64,000 nucleotides of DNA from an uncultured delta proteobacterium (GCA_963729715.1 CAVSPA010000007.1:256001-320000), one strand, 5' to 3'; numbered from the stretch's first letter, positions 52,704 to 63,339 are shown. The notes: generated from the letters alone by a model not told the origin. Numbers and translations: made by a program.

Positions 52704-54386
52704 GTGTACTTTGCAAAGGAATTGCTGGATCAGTCAAGCAGGCTCAAGAAGAAGTGGGAGGACGAGGTTCGCAGGAGTGTCACCCGGAACCCCGACCAGA
52801 AATCTCAATGGGCCACCAATTCCGGCATCGAGATCAAGCGGCTTTATACGCCTGATGATATTAAGAACTTGGACTTTACCCATGACATAGGTTACCCGGG
52901 GCAGTTTCCGTTCCTCCGTGGGAACCAGGTGACAGGCTACCGTGGGAAATACTGGACTTACAGGATGTTGTCAGGGATGGGCACTGCTGAGGATACCAAC
53001 AGGCGATGGCGCAAATTTCTCAAGGATGGACAAACAGGTCTCAGCATTCCTTTCGATTTTCCAACCCTTATGGGCTATGATACGGACTCGCCGAAAGCCC
53101 GCGGAGAATGCGGAAAATGCGGTGTCGCTATTGATTCCCTGGAAGAATTCTTAGTCCTCCTCGATGGAATTCCCATGGACAGGGTGACTACCTCCATGAC
53201 CATCAATCCGCCGGCAACCGTCATCTGGGCCATGTATTGCGCTGCTGCTGACTTGAAAGGCATCCCGCTTACCAAGTTATCCGGAACCATTCAGAACGAC
53301 CTGCTCAAGGAATTTATTGCGCAGAAGACCTTGATGTGTCCCCTCGAACCTTCGTTGAAACTTGTCTGCGATGCCGTGGAATTTGGTGTTAAGCATGTCC
53401 CCAATTGGAACACTATTTCCATCAGCGGATACCACATCAGAGAGGCTGGATCTACGGCCGTTCAAGAGCTTGCCTTTACTTTGCGCGACGGCATAGAATA
53501 TGTTGATGCCGTAATCCGGAGAAAAGGACTCAACGTTGATTCATTTGCATCGAGACTTTCCTTCTTTTTCAACTCCCACATTGACTTCTTTGAAGAAATT
53601 GCAAAGCTTCGGGCGGCAAGGAGGATGTGGGCAAGGATTATGCGTGACCGCTTCAAAGCGCGGAAACCCCGGTCCTGGTGGATGCGCTTCCATACTCAGA
53701 CAGCGGGCGGCTCTCTCACAGCCCAGCAGCCTTACAACAACCTCGTCCGAACCGCACTGGAAGCCCTTGCGGCTGTCCTGGGAGGAACCCAGTCTCTCCA
53801 TACAAACTCGTTGTATGAGGTTCTCAGCCTTCCCTCCGATCATGACCTGCAGCTCGCCCTCCGGACCCAGCAGATCATCGCAGAGGAAACCGGCGTTGCC
53901 AATACAATCGATCCGCTTGCCGGTTCCTATTTTGTGGAAGCGCTAACGAACGAATTGGAAGAGCAGGCTTGGGCATATATCGAAAGGATCGACAGGATGG
54001 GCGGCATGGCCGTCGCCATCGAAAAGGGTTTCCCGCAACTGGAGATCGCCGACGCTGCGTACAAATTTCAGAGGCAGATAGATTCCTGTGAAAAGATCAT
54101 GGTAGGGGTGAACAAATATATTTCCACCGAAAAGATATCCATCAAGCCCGTTGAGGTGGAAGACGCCCTTGAAATCGAGCAGATAAAACGGCTGCACAAG
54201 GTTCGCAGGAAGCGGAACAACAAGGCCGTAAACAAATGCCTCAAAAATCTCAAGAGCGCCTGCGAGAAGGGTAAAAATGTGATGCCCTACTGCATAGAGG
54301 CAGTGAAAGATTTTGCAACCATCCAGGAGATTTGCGACGTATACCGTGAGGTCTACGGCGAATATCCTGACCCGGGATACTACTGA
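52704..54386 (+). CDS. B12-dependent acyl-CoA mutase, large (substrate-binding) subunit
   Basis: PGQFPF.RG, GTIQND, SISGYH, GGTQSLHTN, DPLAGSY; no DxHxxG B12 domain. Confidence 0.93.
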   Translation: MYFAKELLDQSSRLKKKWEDEVRRSVTRNPDQKSQWATNSGIEIKRLYTPDDIKNLDFTHDIGYPGQFPFLRGNQVTGYRGKYWTYRMLSGMGTAEDTNRRWRKFLKDGQTGLSIPFDFPTLMGYDTDSPKARGECGKCGVAIDSLEEFLVLLDGIPMDRVTTSMTINPPATVIWAMYCAAADLKGIPLTKLSGTIQNDLLKEFIAQKTLMCPLEPSLKLVCDAVEFGVKHVPNWNTISISGYHIREAGSTAVQELAFTLRDGIEYVDAVIRRKGLNVDSFASRLSFFFNSHIDFFEEIAKLRAARRMWARIMRDRFKARKPRSWWMRFHTQTAGGSLTAQQPYNNLVRTALEALAAVLGGTQSLHTNSLYEVLSLPSDHDLQLALRTQQIIAEETGVANTIDPLAGSYFVEALTNELEEQAWAYIERIDRMGGMAVAIEKGFPQLEIADAAYKFQRQIDSCEKIMVGVNKYISTEKISIKPVEVEDALEIEQIKRLHKVRRKRNNKAVNKCLKNLKSACEKGKNVMPYCIEAVKDFATIQEICDVYREVYGEYPDPGYY

Positions 54387-54420
54387 CAGTGCCTTATCGG
54401 CAAGATCTTGCCAGAACACT

Positions 54421-55173
54421 TTAAGAATGTATGTTTTTCCCTTGCAGCTTTTTCCAAGTGCTTGCCGAATACCAGATATCGACGAATTCGAGGATGGCGC
54501 CTCTTTCCCTTTTCATGATCTCTTCTGCGATGGTACCCCTGAGAAGTTTCTTGATGCTTTTGAATGCGGCCGCATCCTTTTCAGCGTATTGACCGGCGAT
54601 TTTTTTCGCTTCCGCCTCCAAATCGACTTCTGATGAGATTTGATCAATCAGTCCCATCCGGTGTGCTTCCTCCGCCGAATACATTGCCCCGGTATATACC
54701 GCCCTTTCCGCATTCCTTTGTCCCAGCAGCAGTTTCATCATTGCAACGCTTCCCCAAAACAGTGACGAGCCGAAGTTGATTTCATTGAGGGAAATCTTTG
54801 CCTTCCCGGAGACCATGATCCTGTAATCGCAGGCGATGGCGAGCATACAGCCCCCGGCGATTGTGTGGCCGTTGAGCGCGGCAACGACCGGTTTAGGATA
54901 CAGGAACAGGTAAGTACATAAATCAGTGAACTTGGTGAGATAACGGATAAACGATTCTTTGGGGTAGCCGAGAAACTCCGGGATGTCAAAACCGAAGGTG
55001 AAAAATTTTCCTGTCCCTGTGAGGATAACAGCCCTTACTCCGGCATCGCCGGCAAGCTCTTTAAAATGGCCTGTCATTTCATCAATCACTGTTTCATTAA
55101 GGGCGTTCACTTTCCCTCTGCTTATGCGGACCGTAACGATTCCCTGATCGTTGTTGCTATTTACATACTGCAT
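54421..55173 (-). CDS. Enoyl-CoA hydratase/isomerase family
   Basis: FTFGFD, NGHTIAGG, SLNE. Confidence 0.9.
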   Translation of the reverse strand: MQYVNSNNDQGIVTVRISRGKVNALNETVIDEMTGHFKELAGDAGVRAVILTGTGKFFTFGFDIPEFLGYPKESFIRYLTKFTDLCTYLFLYPKPVVAALNGHTIAGGCMLAIACDYRIMVSGKAKISLNEINFGSSLFWGSVAMMKLLLGQRNAERAVYTGAMYSAEEAHRMGLIDQISSEVDLEAEAKKIAGQYAEKDAAAFKSIKKLLRGTIAEEIMKRERGAILEFVDIWYSASTWKKLQGKNIHS

Positions 55174-55252
55174 GATTTCACCATCCTTCCCGTATCATTT
55201 TTACTTGTTCATCGTTTCCGCACTCGACGCCGCCAAAAAGAAAATATGTGGT

Positions 55253-56431
55253 TCATGTTATCTCGAAGAGCCGGCGGGGGCTCTTTGTCATGATTTCATT
55301 CCCCCCCTCCTTAATGAGAATCATGTCCTCCAGCTTGACAACCCCAACGGCCTCATTCATCATGTGCATATCCAACGCCACAACATAATTATCGCCCACC
55401 TCGGAATGGTCATACTCTGACGGAACGGGCGGCTCATTCAGCTCCAGGCCGATCCCGTGACCGATAAGCCGGGACTTTTTCCCCTTGCCGAAATTTTGAA
55501 AGTGGTCCGATCTTCCGAGTGCTCTCGCCTTCTCAACTGCAGCGCCGTAGATTTCACTGCATTTTATCCCCGGCTTAATGCTGCTGATGAGGTGGTCCGC
55601 TATGGTTACGAGATCGCCGTGCATGGATTTGATCTCATCAGGGGCCTTTCCTAAACAGTACGTCCTTGTCTGGTCTGCATGATAACCATCAACGAGTACC
55701 GGTATATCGACAATGACGGGCTCTCCTTTTGCTATTTTTCGCAGCGAGGGGCCGGCAGGCACTGAGGAACTCAATCCCACGCCGGTGATGGTATACACGA
55801 CGCCGCTGATCTTGAAGAGGTTCGATCCCGACGAGATGGGTCCCCGGCTCATGAAGAAATCTGGCTGCCGGATGAAGAAAATCCCTTCGTGTCCTGCCAG
55901 CCGATGGGCATTTTCGACGGCGGCGGCAAGTTTAAGCTCGGTAACGCCTTCTTTCATGGTGGAGAGAACCGCTTCATGTCCCCGGTGAATCGCGTCACAG
56001 GCCTTTTTGATTTTCTCGATCTCGGAGAGATCCTTCGTCTTCCTCTGCTCCAGGACGAGGGGAGATACATTCACAAATTCATAACCGGCAAATATCTTCT
56101 CCATATCCTTGAATTGCTCGGCTGTTAAAATATCGAGCTCCGTACCAATCCGTTTACTCCCCGAGTCCCGGCCGGCGACCATTTCTTTGAATACGTTTGC
56201 CAGGCGGCGTTCCTCTCGCACTTTTTCTTTGCCGACAAAGACGTCGTCCAAAGCGAATTCAATACCGCTTCTGACAAACAAAACATAAGCATTGGGTAAG
56301 ACAAGCAGGTATGAAGGCTGTGCCGTACCTGTGTAGTACAATATATCTCGGGAATAGCAGAGCAGGGCGCCGCACAACTCAAGTTCTCCAATTCTATTTT
56401 GCAGGATTTTGATTCGGTCTTCTCGGTTCAT
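55253..56431 (-). CDS. M24 / Xaa-Pro peptidase-family protein
   Basis: GYHADQTRT, GHGIGLELNE, LED; start MNRE with AGGAGGT RBS. Confidence 0.88.
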   Translation of the reverse strand: MNREDRIKILQNRIGELELCGALLCYSRDILYYTGTAQPSYLLVLPNAYVLFVRSGIEFALDDVFVGKEKVREERRLANVFKEMVAGRDSGSKRIGTELDILTAEQFKDMEKIFAGYEFVNVSPLVLEQRKTKDLSEIEKIKKACDAIHRGHEAVLSTMKEGVTELKLAAAVENAHRLAGHEGIFFIRQPDFFMSRGPISSGSNLFKISGVVYTITGVGLSSSVPAGPSLRKIAKGEPVIVDIPVLVDGYHADQTRTYCLGKAPDEIKSMHGDLVTIADHLISSIKPGIKCSEIYGAAVEKARALGRSDHFQNFGKGKKSRLIGHGIGLELNEPPVPSEYDHSEVGDNYVVALDMHMMNEAVGVVKLEDMILIKEGGNEIMTKSPRRLFEIT

Positions 56432-56709
56432 AAACGACACCTCCTTTTCGATAAAAACCCAAGTACGCCTGCCTTTGATTAGGCAATAATTTTTTATGGA
56501 TTGTAACAAACAGCCTGATCCGCTGACCCTGATGATTAGATATAGTTAGCAATGTTAACCTCCCGGGAAAGCACGATTCCTCTTGAGATTCATTCTTTAT
56601 GAAAGTTAACAAACTTACAGAATGGGTTTGATTTGCTCAGGGATTGGGTTGGTTTTCACAAATATGGATAGGGAGTTGGGTCAAAAGCCAATAGTTACAG
56701 CGGAGATTA

Positions 56710-58086
56710 CTATTGCGATTTCCGATGCCAGATATCCAGGATTCTGACGGCCTTATCTTCAGGCAGGGTGTGCAGTCCCCTCTCGTAGTTGGAGAGGGTC
56801 TGCCTCGTCACACCTAATGCTTTGGCCAGTTCCGCCTGGCGCAAGTAGTTATCAGCCCTGAATTGCCTGATAATCGTTTGATCGGCAATCAGATCTTCTG
56901 CAGTTTTTGGAATATCAGAAGCGCGAGACTCCTGCCTGTACTTTCTTCCCCGGACCGGCCTTTTCTGCCGAAATGGCAATTTAGCTCTTCTGGGGGTATC
57001 GGCTACCTGCCAGAGATCTTCCGATAACTTCACCGTGAGCGCCGTATTAAGCCAGTCGTTGAAGTATCCTCTGCTCCTCGCCATCGGCTCTAAGACCGGA
57101 ATACTTTCTATCACGCCTAAGTCTTCGAGACGCTGATGGGCTTCGATAAATGCATCAACCGTCTGTCCCGGGTGCCTCCAGTTTATATCCTCGCCGCAAA
57201 AATTTAGAATAGTCTTCGGTGTAGCGCTGGGGAGCATCCCCTTTTTTTCGGCGACAGTGCCGACAATTATCCAGTATGTTCCCAGCTTTTTTGTCAAGGC
57301 ATCATGATAAGGGCTCAGGTGCAGCAGAGCTTTACTGTAATACCCGATCCAGAACAGTCCCTCAGGGTCGAGGAAATGTGAAAGCGCCTGGCCGCAACGA
57401 AAACGAAAAGAAGTCCATTTCTCCGCTTCACGCTTATACTCTATATCCAATATGTCCAAAAGCCTGTCCGGCCGTTCCTTTCCGAAGGTGACTTCCCCTC
57501 CGGTTTTATAGTCTCTCCAGGACATGGTGAGGCGCATGTCGGCAAGCCGCAATACCTCCTGTTTAAAGTCTTCATAGAGATTCTGCCTGCTGCCATGCCG
57601 GAGGCGAACTCCGCGCGATTGAGCAATGTCATCAAGACTGATACTGGCGATTCCTTTCTTGGGATCCGGCAGTTCCGCAATACGCGACATGAGAATCAAA
57701 AATACATCCGCAGTCTCCACCGATAAATTATGGACTGCTTTTCTCAGGCTTCCGGAATAGATGAAATCAAGGCGCGGTGTGTAGTATAGCGCTATGGAGT
57801 GATGAAAGCGGTTCCCGAAATCGGGTGGAGGCGCAAAGAAGAACGTTACATGCCCAGCCCTTGTTTCGTATTTGTACAATGGGCGGCCGTACAAATCCGA
57901 CGCCCACGCGCTTTTCGGACCGCCTGCATATATGGCGCGCAATGCGGAATGGATCAAGGGGCTGATGGGAACAGGGAATCTTTTCTTTTCACGATCTGAC
58001 TGACCTACAGGCAGCTTATCGATCTTCTGCTGAGTAAGGGAATCATGATGGTGTCTCATAAATGGCCTATTTATTTTAGCAACCAT
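56710..58086 (-). CDS. Hypothetical Rep-like protein with C-terminal XRE HTH
   Basis: C-terminal LRQAELAKALGVTRQTLSNYERG; central region only loosely resembles winged-helix initiators. Confidence 0.7.
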   Translation of the reverse strand: MVAKINRPFMRHHHDSLTQQKIDKLPVGQSDREKKRFPVPISPLIHSALRAIYAGGPKSAWASDLYGRPLYKYETRAGHVTFFFAPPPDFGNRFHHSIALYYTPRLDFIYSGSLRKAVHNLSVETADVFLILMSRIAELPDPKKGIASISLDDIAQSRGVRLRHGSRQNLYEDFKQEVLRLADMRLTMSWRDYKTGGEVTFGKERPDRLLDILDIEYKREAEKWTSFRFRCGQALSHFLDPEGLFWIGYYSKALLHLSPYHDALTKKLGTYWIIVGTVAEKKGMLPSATPKTILNFCGEDINWRHPGQTVDAFIEAHQRLEDLGVIESIPVLEPMARSRGYFNDWLNTALTVKLSEDLWQVADTPRRAKLPFRQKRPVRGRKYRQESRASDIPKTAEDLIADQTIIRQFRADNYLRQAELAKALGVTRQTLSNYERGLHTLPEDKAVRILDIWHRKSQ

Positions 58087-58304
58087 CTCTCACATGCATC
58101 GGGTTAACCCAATTTAAGGAATATAACAAGAGAGCTGTTTCATCCGCCGCCATCAATTACTGACATATACAGGATTCAGATGATTTTAGGAAGTGCAACT
58201 TGCAGGGAGGATTGTTTATTAGCCAGTATGTTTAAGAAAATATATTTAATGCATAAGGATACTTTTCTCTATAATCGATATTAATACGAAAATAAAACTG
58301 TGCA

Positions 58305-59549
58305 TCAAGCCGCTTCAGGCAGTTTTTCTACTTTGACCTCATAGCCTAAGGCAGTGATCCTTGATGTTAAACGTCTGACAAGATGTTGTTCATTTAACTT
58401 GTCGAAATAATCAGCACCAAGTTCATTGTAAGTGCGATGCTCTTTGATAATATGGTAAGCCATAACTAAGATGGTGTGGCCGACAGCAAGGGCTGCCCGT
58501 TTCTTCCCCCTTCTTGCCGCCAGGCGACGGTACCTGGCGCTCAAGTAGGTGTTTTTTGTTTTGGACGCTGCCCATCCAGCTTCCACCAAGGCGCTTTTGA
58601 GCCATTTGTTCCCCTGTGTCACTTTGCCGCTTCTTCGTTTTCCCGCGCTTTCATTGTTGCCCGGACTGGCTCCCGCCCAGGAGGAGAGGTGGGCATCTGA
58701 TGGGAAGCGTGACATATCGATTCCGATCTCGGCGATGATCCGCTCAGCGAACTTTTTTTTTACACCTGGAATGGTCTGGAGACCTTCAGCTTCCTCCTGG
58801 AAAGATTCCATCCTCTTCTCTATTTCATCGTTCAGCTTCTCGATGGCCTCGTCATACGAGGCAATCATCTGAAGCGTCAGTTTCAGGATGATACGATGAT
58901 GATCCGAAAAGTAACCCTCCAAGGATTTTTCCAGATCCTCGATCTTGTTCCTGAGACGCCCTCTGGCGAGATCAGCCATTTCCTGAGTGCTCATATCATC
59001 CTCGATCAGATGATGGATCATGTTCCGGGCAGATACCCCGTTGATGTCCGTTGCCACTGAAGAAAGCTTGATATTGGCATCCTCCAGAAACTTCTGGAGG
59101 CGGTTGATCTCAGAAGAACGCTTCTGGGTAAGTTTCTCACGGTAGCGCGTGAGGTCTCTTAACTCCCGGATCGGCTTGGGAGGAATAAAGCTCGCCTTGA
59201 CCAGGCCGTGACGAAGGAGTTGGGCAAGCCATTCGCAATCCCTTACGTCGGTCTTCCGTCCGGGAACATTTTTCACATCTCTGGCATTGGCCAGAATGAC
59301 CTCCATGCTGTCCTCCAGAATGTTGAATACCGGCTTCCAGTAAACCCCGGTGCTTTCCACAACCGCATGGGTGCAACCTTCTGATACCAGCCAGTCTCGA
59401 CAGGCCAGAAGATCACGGGTCATGGTGGAAAAGGTCTTGATGGTTGTCTTCGGTTTCTCATGGGGTTTGCCCACCGCCAGGCAAACAACGATGTTCTTCT
59501 TGTGGACATCGATACCGCAGCATCTCTCAATAATGGCTCCCATAATCAT
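58305..59549 (-). CDS. IS110-family recombinase/transposase
   Basis: GIDVHK, VESTG, KTDVRD (DEDD) and NESAG serine motif. Confidence 0.95.
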   Translation of the reverse strand: MIMGAIIERCCGIDVHKKNIVVCLAVGKPHEKPKTTIKTFSTMTRDLLACRDWLVSEGCTHAVVESTGVYWKPVFNILEDSMEVILANARDVKNVPGRKTDVRDCEWLAQLLRHGLVKASFIPPKPIRELRDLTRYREKLTQKRSSEINRLQKFLEDANIKLSSVATDINGVSARNMIHHLIEDDMSTQEMADLARGRLRNKIEDLEKSLEGYFSDHHRIILKLTLQMIASYDEAIEKLNDEIEKRMESFQEEAEGLQTIPGVKKKFAERIIAEIGIDMSRFPSDAHLSSWAGASPGNNESAGKRRSGKVTQGNKWLKSALVEAGWAASKTKNTYLSARYRRLAARRGKKRAALAVGHTILVMAYHIIKEHRTYNELGADYFDKLNEQHLVRRLTSRITALGYEVKVEKLPEAA

Positions 59550-59570
59550 GTCTCCTTTCTCTTTAAAAAA

Positions 59571-59697
59571 GGGGGCAGATTATCGATGAAAAATTTAATA
59601 CGCGTACTCCCAAAGGGGTAACAATCCGTGGTTCTTTTAATCTGCCCGGGTCAGATTACTACTCGGGGTATGACCACCAAAATATCGACGACCCTCT
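59571..59697. ncRNA. Candidate IS110 bridge/seek RNA region
   Basis: Two adjacent stems (59573-82/59638-47 and 59648-52/59690-94) enclosing segments that match the element junctions; strand not determined. Confidence 0.55.
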
Positions 59698-59898
59698 TCC
59701 TTTTGAAGAAAGGATATAATGTCAAAGAGCTATAAACAACTTATTTTCATGCCTTCGTGGTGCCCTCGCGGGGCATGTTGATTACTACGAAAATAGAACC
59801 GCCGAAGACTATAACAACTTATTTTCATGCCTTCGTGGTGCCGCCACGGGGCATGGTGATTTTTAAGAAAATATTTTTAGTACTTCATACATTATTAA

Positions 59899-60426
<528 letters not shown>

Positions 60427-60720
60427 CTACGAAAATAGAACCGCCGAAGACTATAACAACTTATTTTCATGCCTTCGTGGTGCCGCCACGGGGCATGGTG
60501 ATTTTTAAGAAAATATTTTTAGTACTTCATACATTATCTAAAAAATACCGGATTCTTGGATACGGCTCCTTGTTACTTTTCTTTTCAATAGGGTATCGAT
60601 AAACTACTCCTCGCAGTGCGGGGTAAATAATACTTGTGGGTTGGAAATATGGTTGGAAATGAGTCCTCTTTTAAAAAAATGGGGCGGTCTGAATGTAGTC
60701 TAACTCTATGATTTAATTAT

Positions 60721-60795
60721 TGGTGGTCCCACCGGGACTTGAACCCGAGTTTCCGGCGTGAGAGGCCAGCGTCCTAACCACTAGACGATGGGACC
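60721..60795 (-). tRNA. tRNA-Glu (CTC)
   Basis: Full cloverleaf GGTCCCA...TGGGACC-A-CCA; anticodon loop CT-CTC-AC; TTCAAGT T-loop. Confidence 0.95.
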
Positions 60796-60856
60796 GCGGA
60801 CGATGTAATTGGAGGGTGATTTTTAGTCAATCACCCCTGAAATGTCAAGGTCAAAA

Positions 60857-62269
60857 TCAACCTCTGCAATTAATGAACGCAATTGCTCTTCGTATGCGTT
60901 TGATGACCCTCTCTTTGCCGATGGTGATCATAATTTCATCAACGCCGGGGCTCACGGTTTTTCCTGTCAGTGCAACGCGGAGGGGCTGGGCAATCACCTT
61001 GAGGCTGACGCCCCTTTCTCCGGCGATGGCGCGGAGAAAATCCTCCATGCCTTTCTTCGTAAAATCCTGGAACGTGGGAAGCCCTTCAGCTATGGCAGTC
61101 AGATGATCCACAATCTTTTTGTCGAGAAATTTATCAGCCGCCTGCGCGTCATAGACAATATCATCCGTGAAGTAAAAGACACTTGCATCGGCAAGCTCTG
61201 CGAGAGTCTTCGATCTCGTCTTCAGGTCATCGGCGATATGTTTCAGAAGATCGCAGTCTGAAGTATCAACACCCAGTTTCTGCCAGAGTGGCATCGTCTC
61301 CTCTACGAGTCTTGCGGATTCACATTCCTTGATGTAGTGTTGATTCAGCCAGAGAAGTTTTTCCGGATTAAATACAGCGGCGGATTTTCCGACGGACTCA
61401 AGCGTAAAAACTCGGATAAGTTCATCCAAAGAAAATATTTCCTGGTCTCCGTAAGACCAGCCGAGCCTGACGAGATAATTCACCACGGCCTCGGGCAGAT
61501 AGCCCATTTCCTTGTAGGCCATGACCGATGTCGCCCCATGACGTTTGCTCAGCCGCGCCTTATCCGAACCCATGATCATGGAAACGTGTGCGAATTCAGG
61601 AACATCATATCCGAGCGCCTGATAGAGGAGGATCTGCCTTGGCGTATTGTTCAGGTGGTCATCCCCCCTAGTCACATGGGTAATTTCCATCTGGGCATCG
61701 TCCACGACGACGGCAAAATTATACGTGGGGTAGCCGTCGCTTCTTTCTATGACGAGATCATCGAGTTCCTCGTTATTAAAGGTAATCATCCCCTTAATCA
61801 GGTCATTTACGACCGTCACGCCCGTGTCAGGACACCGGAAGCGCACGACCGCATTCGCGGACCGGGGAAGGTTCTTATCCCGGCACGTGCCGTCATACTT
61901 AGGCTTCCTCCCTTCGGCAAGGGCCCTCTTCCTTTTGCCCTCCAGCTCTTCGGGAGTGCATACGCAGCAGTAGGCCTTGCCTTCATCGAGGAGCCTTCTT
62001 ACCATTTCTCTATGGATATCTACACGTTGTGCCTGAAAAAAAGGTCCTTCGTCCCAGTTGAGCCCCAGCCATGACAGGGCGTCGAGAATCGCCCTTGTTG
62101 ATTCCTCCGTCGAACGAACCTGATCGGTATCCTCAATCCGGAGAATAAATTTTCCGCCCTCGTGCCTGGCATAAAGCCAGGAAAAAAGAGCCGTTCTCGC
62201 CCCGCCGATGTGCAAGAAGCCCGTCGGAGACGGGGCAAAACGGGTTCTGACATTTTTCTTTTCCGTCAT
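60857..62269 (-). CDS. gltX: Glutamate--tRNA ligase
   Basis: RFAPSPTG.LHIGG, RIEDTD, LSKR; start moved to MTEKK. Confidence 0.97.
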   Translation of the reverse strand: MTEKKNVRTRFAPSPTGFLHIGGARTALFSWLYARHEGGKFILRIEDTDQVRSTEESTRAILDALSWLGLNWDEGPFFQAQRVDIHREMVRRLLDEGKAYCCVCTPEELEGKRKRALAEGRKPKYDGTCRDKNLPRSANAVVRFRCPDTGVTVVNDLIKGMITFNNEELDDLVIERSDGYPTYNFAVVVDDAQMEITHVTRGDDHLNNTPRQILLYQALGYDVPEFAHVSMIMGSDKARLSKRHGATSVMAYKEMGYLPEAVVNYLVRLGWSYGDQEIFSLDELIRVFTLESVGKSAAVFNPEKLLWLNQHYIKECESARLVEETMPLWQKLGVDTSDCDLLKHIADDLKTRSKTLAELADASVFYFTDDIVYDAQAADKFLDKKIVDHLTAIAEGLPTFQDFTKKGMEDFLRAIAGERGVSLKVIAQPLRVALTGKTVSPGVDEIMITIGKERVIKRIRRAIAFINCRG

Positions 62270-62469
62270 TTTATTAACCGTACCCACCGCTTTGATGACC
62301 TTCTTATAGGGCTGCAACTTTCGCTTGTCAAGCCGGATTTCGAAAGGTAAAATTATACTTGACAACCAGGCCAATTTATAATCTACTTCGCACCTTACAG
62401 CAAAAGCTCATCGCATGCCTGGGATACATTTTAAGAATAGAATCCGACGCATATAATTAAAGAAGTACC

Positions 62470-63006
62470 GTGAAAGTAATTATCAACAACATCCCAGATG
62501 AGGGATTGAAAATATCGCTGCAGAAGGATGGCGACTGGTTTCGGTGTCTCCTCCCTGAGAAGGAAAAAGATGATTTCTCCATCCGGGGGATTGATGTTTT
62601 CTGTGAAGCTAAAAGGATCCGTGAGACCGTGTTCATCGATGGGACTCTGGAAACCACCGTTACTGCGAATTGCTGCCGGTGTCTGGAAGCCACCCATCTG
62701 CCTATAAAGACCAGCTTTAGATACACCTTTATCCCGGAGAAGAAAGGGTCGAAGCAGGAAGACGAACTGAGTACGGAGGACCTTGAATACGGATATTATC
62801 AGGATGATGTAATAGACCTCGATAATCTCGTATTTGAACAGGTCATGCTGCAGATTCCGATCAAGGTTCTTTGTACGGACGCCTGCAAAGGTCTATGCGC
62901 ACATTGCGGAAAAAATCTCAACACGGCAAACTGTGGCTGCCATGCCGAATTCATTGATGAAAGGCTGGCAGTTTTAAAAAAACTCAAATTAGTGGAAAAC
63001 AAGTAA
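62470..63006 (+). CDS. yceD: DUF177 / YceD protein
   Basis: CxRCL and C..CKGLC..CG.NLN; directly upstream of rpmF. Confidence 0.9.
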   Translation: MKVIINNIPDEGLKISLQKDGDWFRCLLPEKEKDDFSIRGIDVFCEAKRIRETVFIDGTLETTVTANCCRCLEATHLPIKTSFRYTFIPEKKGSKQEDELSTEDLEYGYYQDDVIDLDNLVFEQVMLQIPIKVLCTDACKGLCAHCGKNLNTANCGCHAEFIDERLAVLKKLKLVENK

Positions 63007-63030
63007 ATTTAATCTTAGAGGAAAAGAACT

Positions 63031-63216
63031 ATGCCAAACCCCGTAAAACGACATTCGAGAACAAGGAGGAACAAGAGGAGGTCGCATGATTTTCTCAAGC
63101 CTCAACTTGCTTCTGCGTGCCCACAGTGCAATGAACCGAAGCTTGCTCATCATGTCTGCCCGAATTGCGGCACATATAAGGGCAGGCAGGTCATTCCGAC
63201 GGAAAAGATGTCTTAA
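63031..63216 (+). CDS. rpmF: 50S ribosomal protein L32
   Basis: MPNP.KRHS..R..KRR.H, CxxC...HHVCxxCG.Y.G. Confidence 0.96.
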   Translation: MPNPVKRHSRTRRNKRRSHDFLKPQLASACPQCNEPKLAHHVCPNCGTYKGRQVIPTEKMS

Positions 63217-63339
63217 AGACTGTTGCGGCAACAAGACATCCACAGCAGATGGATTTTAAAGATTCCGCGTCTACGGCGCGGTCTTTATTTGTGTGATACG
63301 GTTTCATAAATTAGTTTATGCGTGGAGGAGGAAGTATTG

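Larger units (their letters stand above)
58285..59795 (-). mobile_element. IS110-family element
   Basis: Recombinase plus long upstream non-coding end; TACGAAAATA at both junctions (58285-58294, 59786-59795); no terminal IRs seen. Confidence 0.8.
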
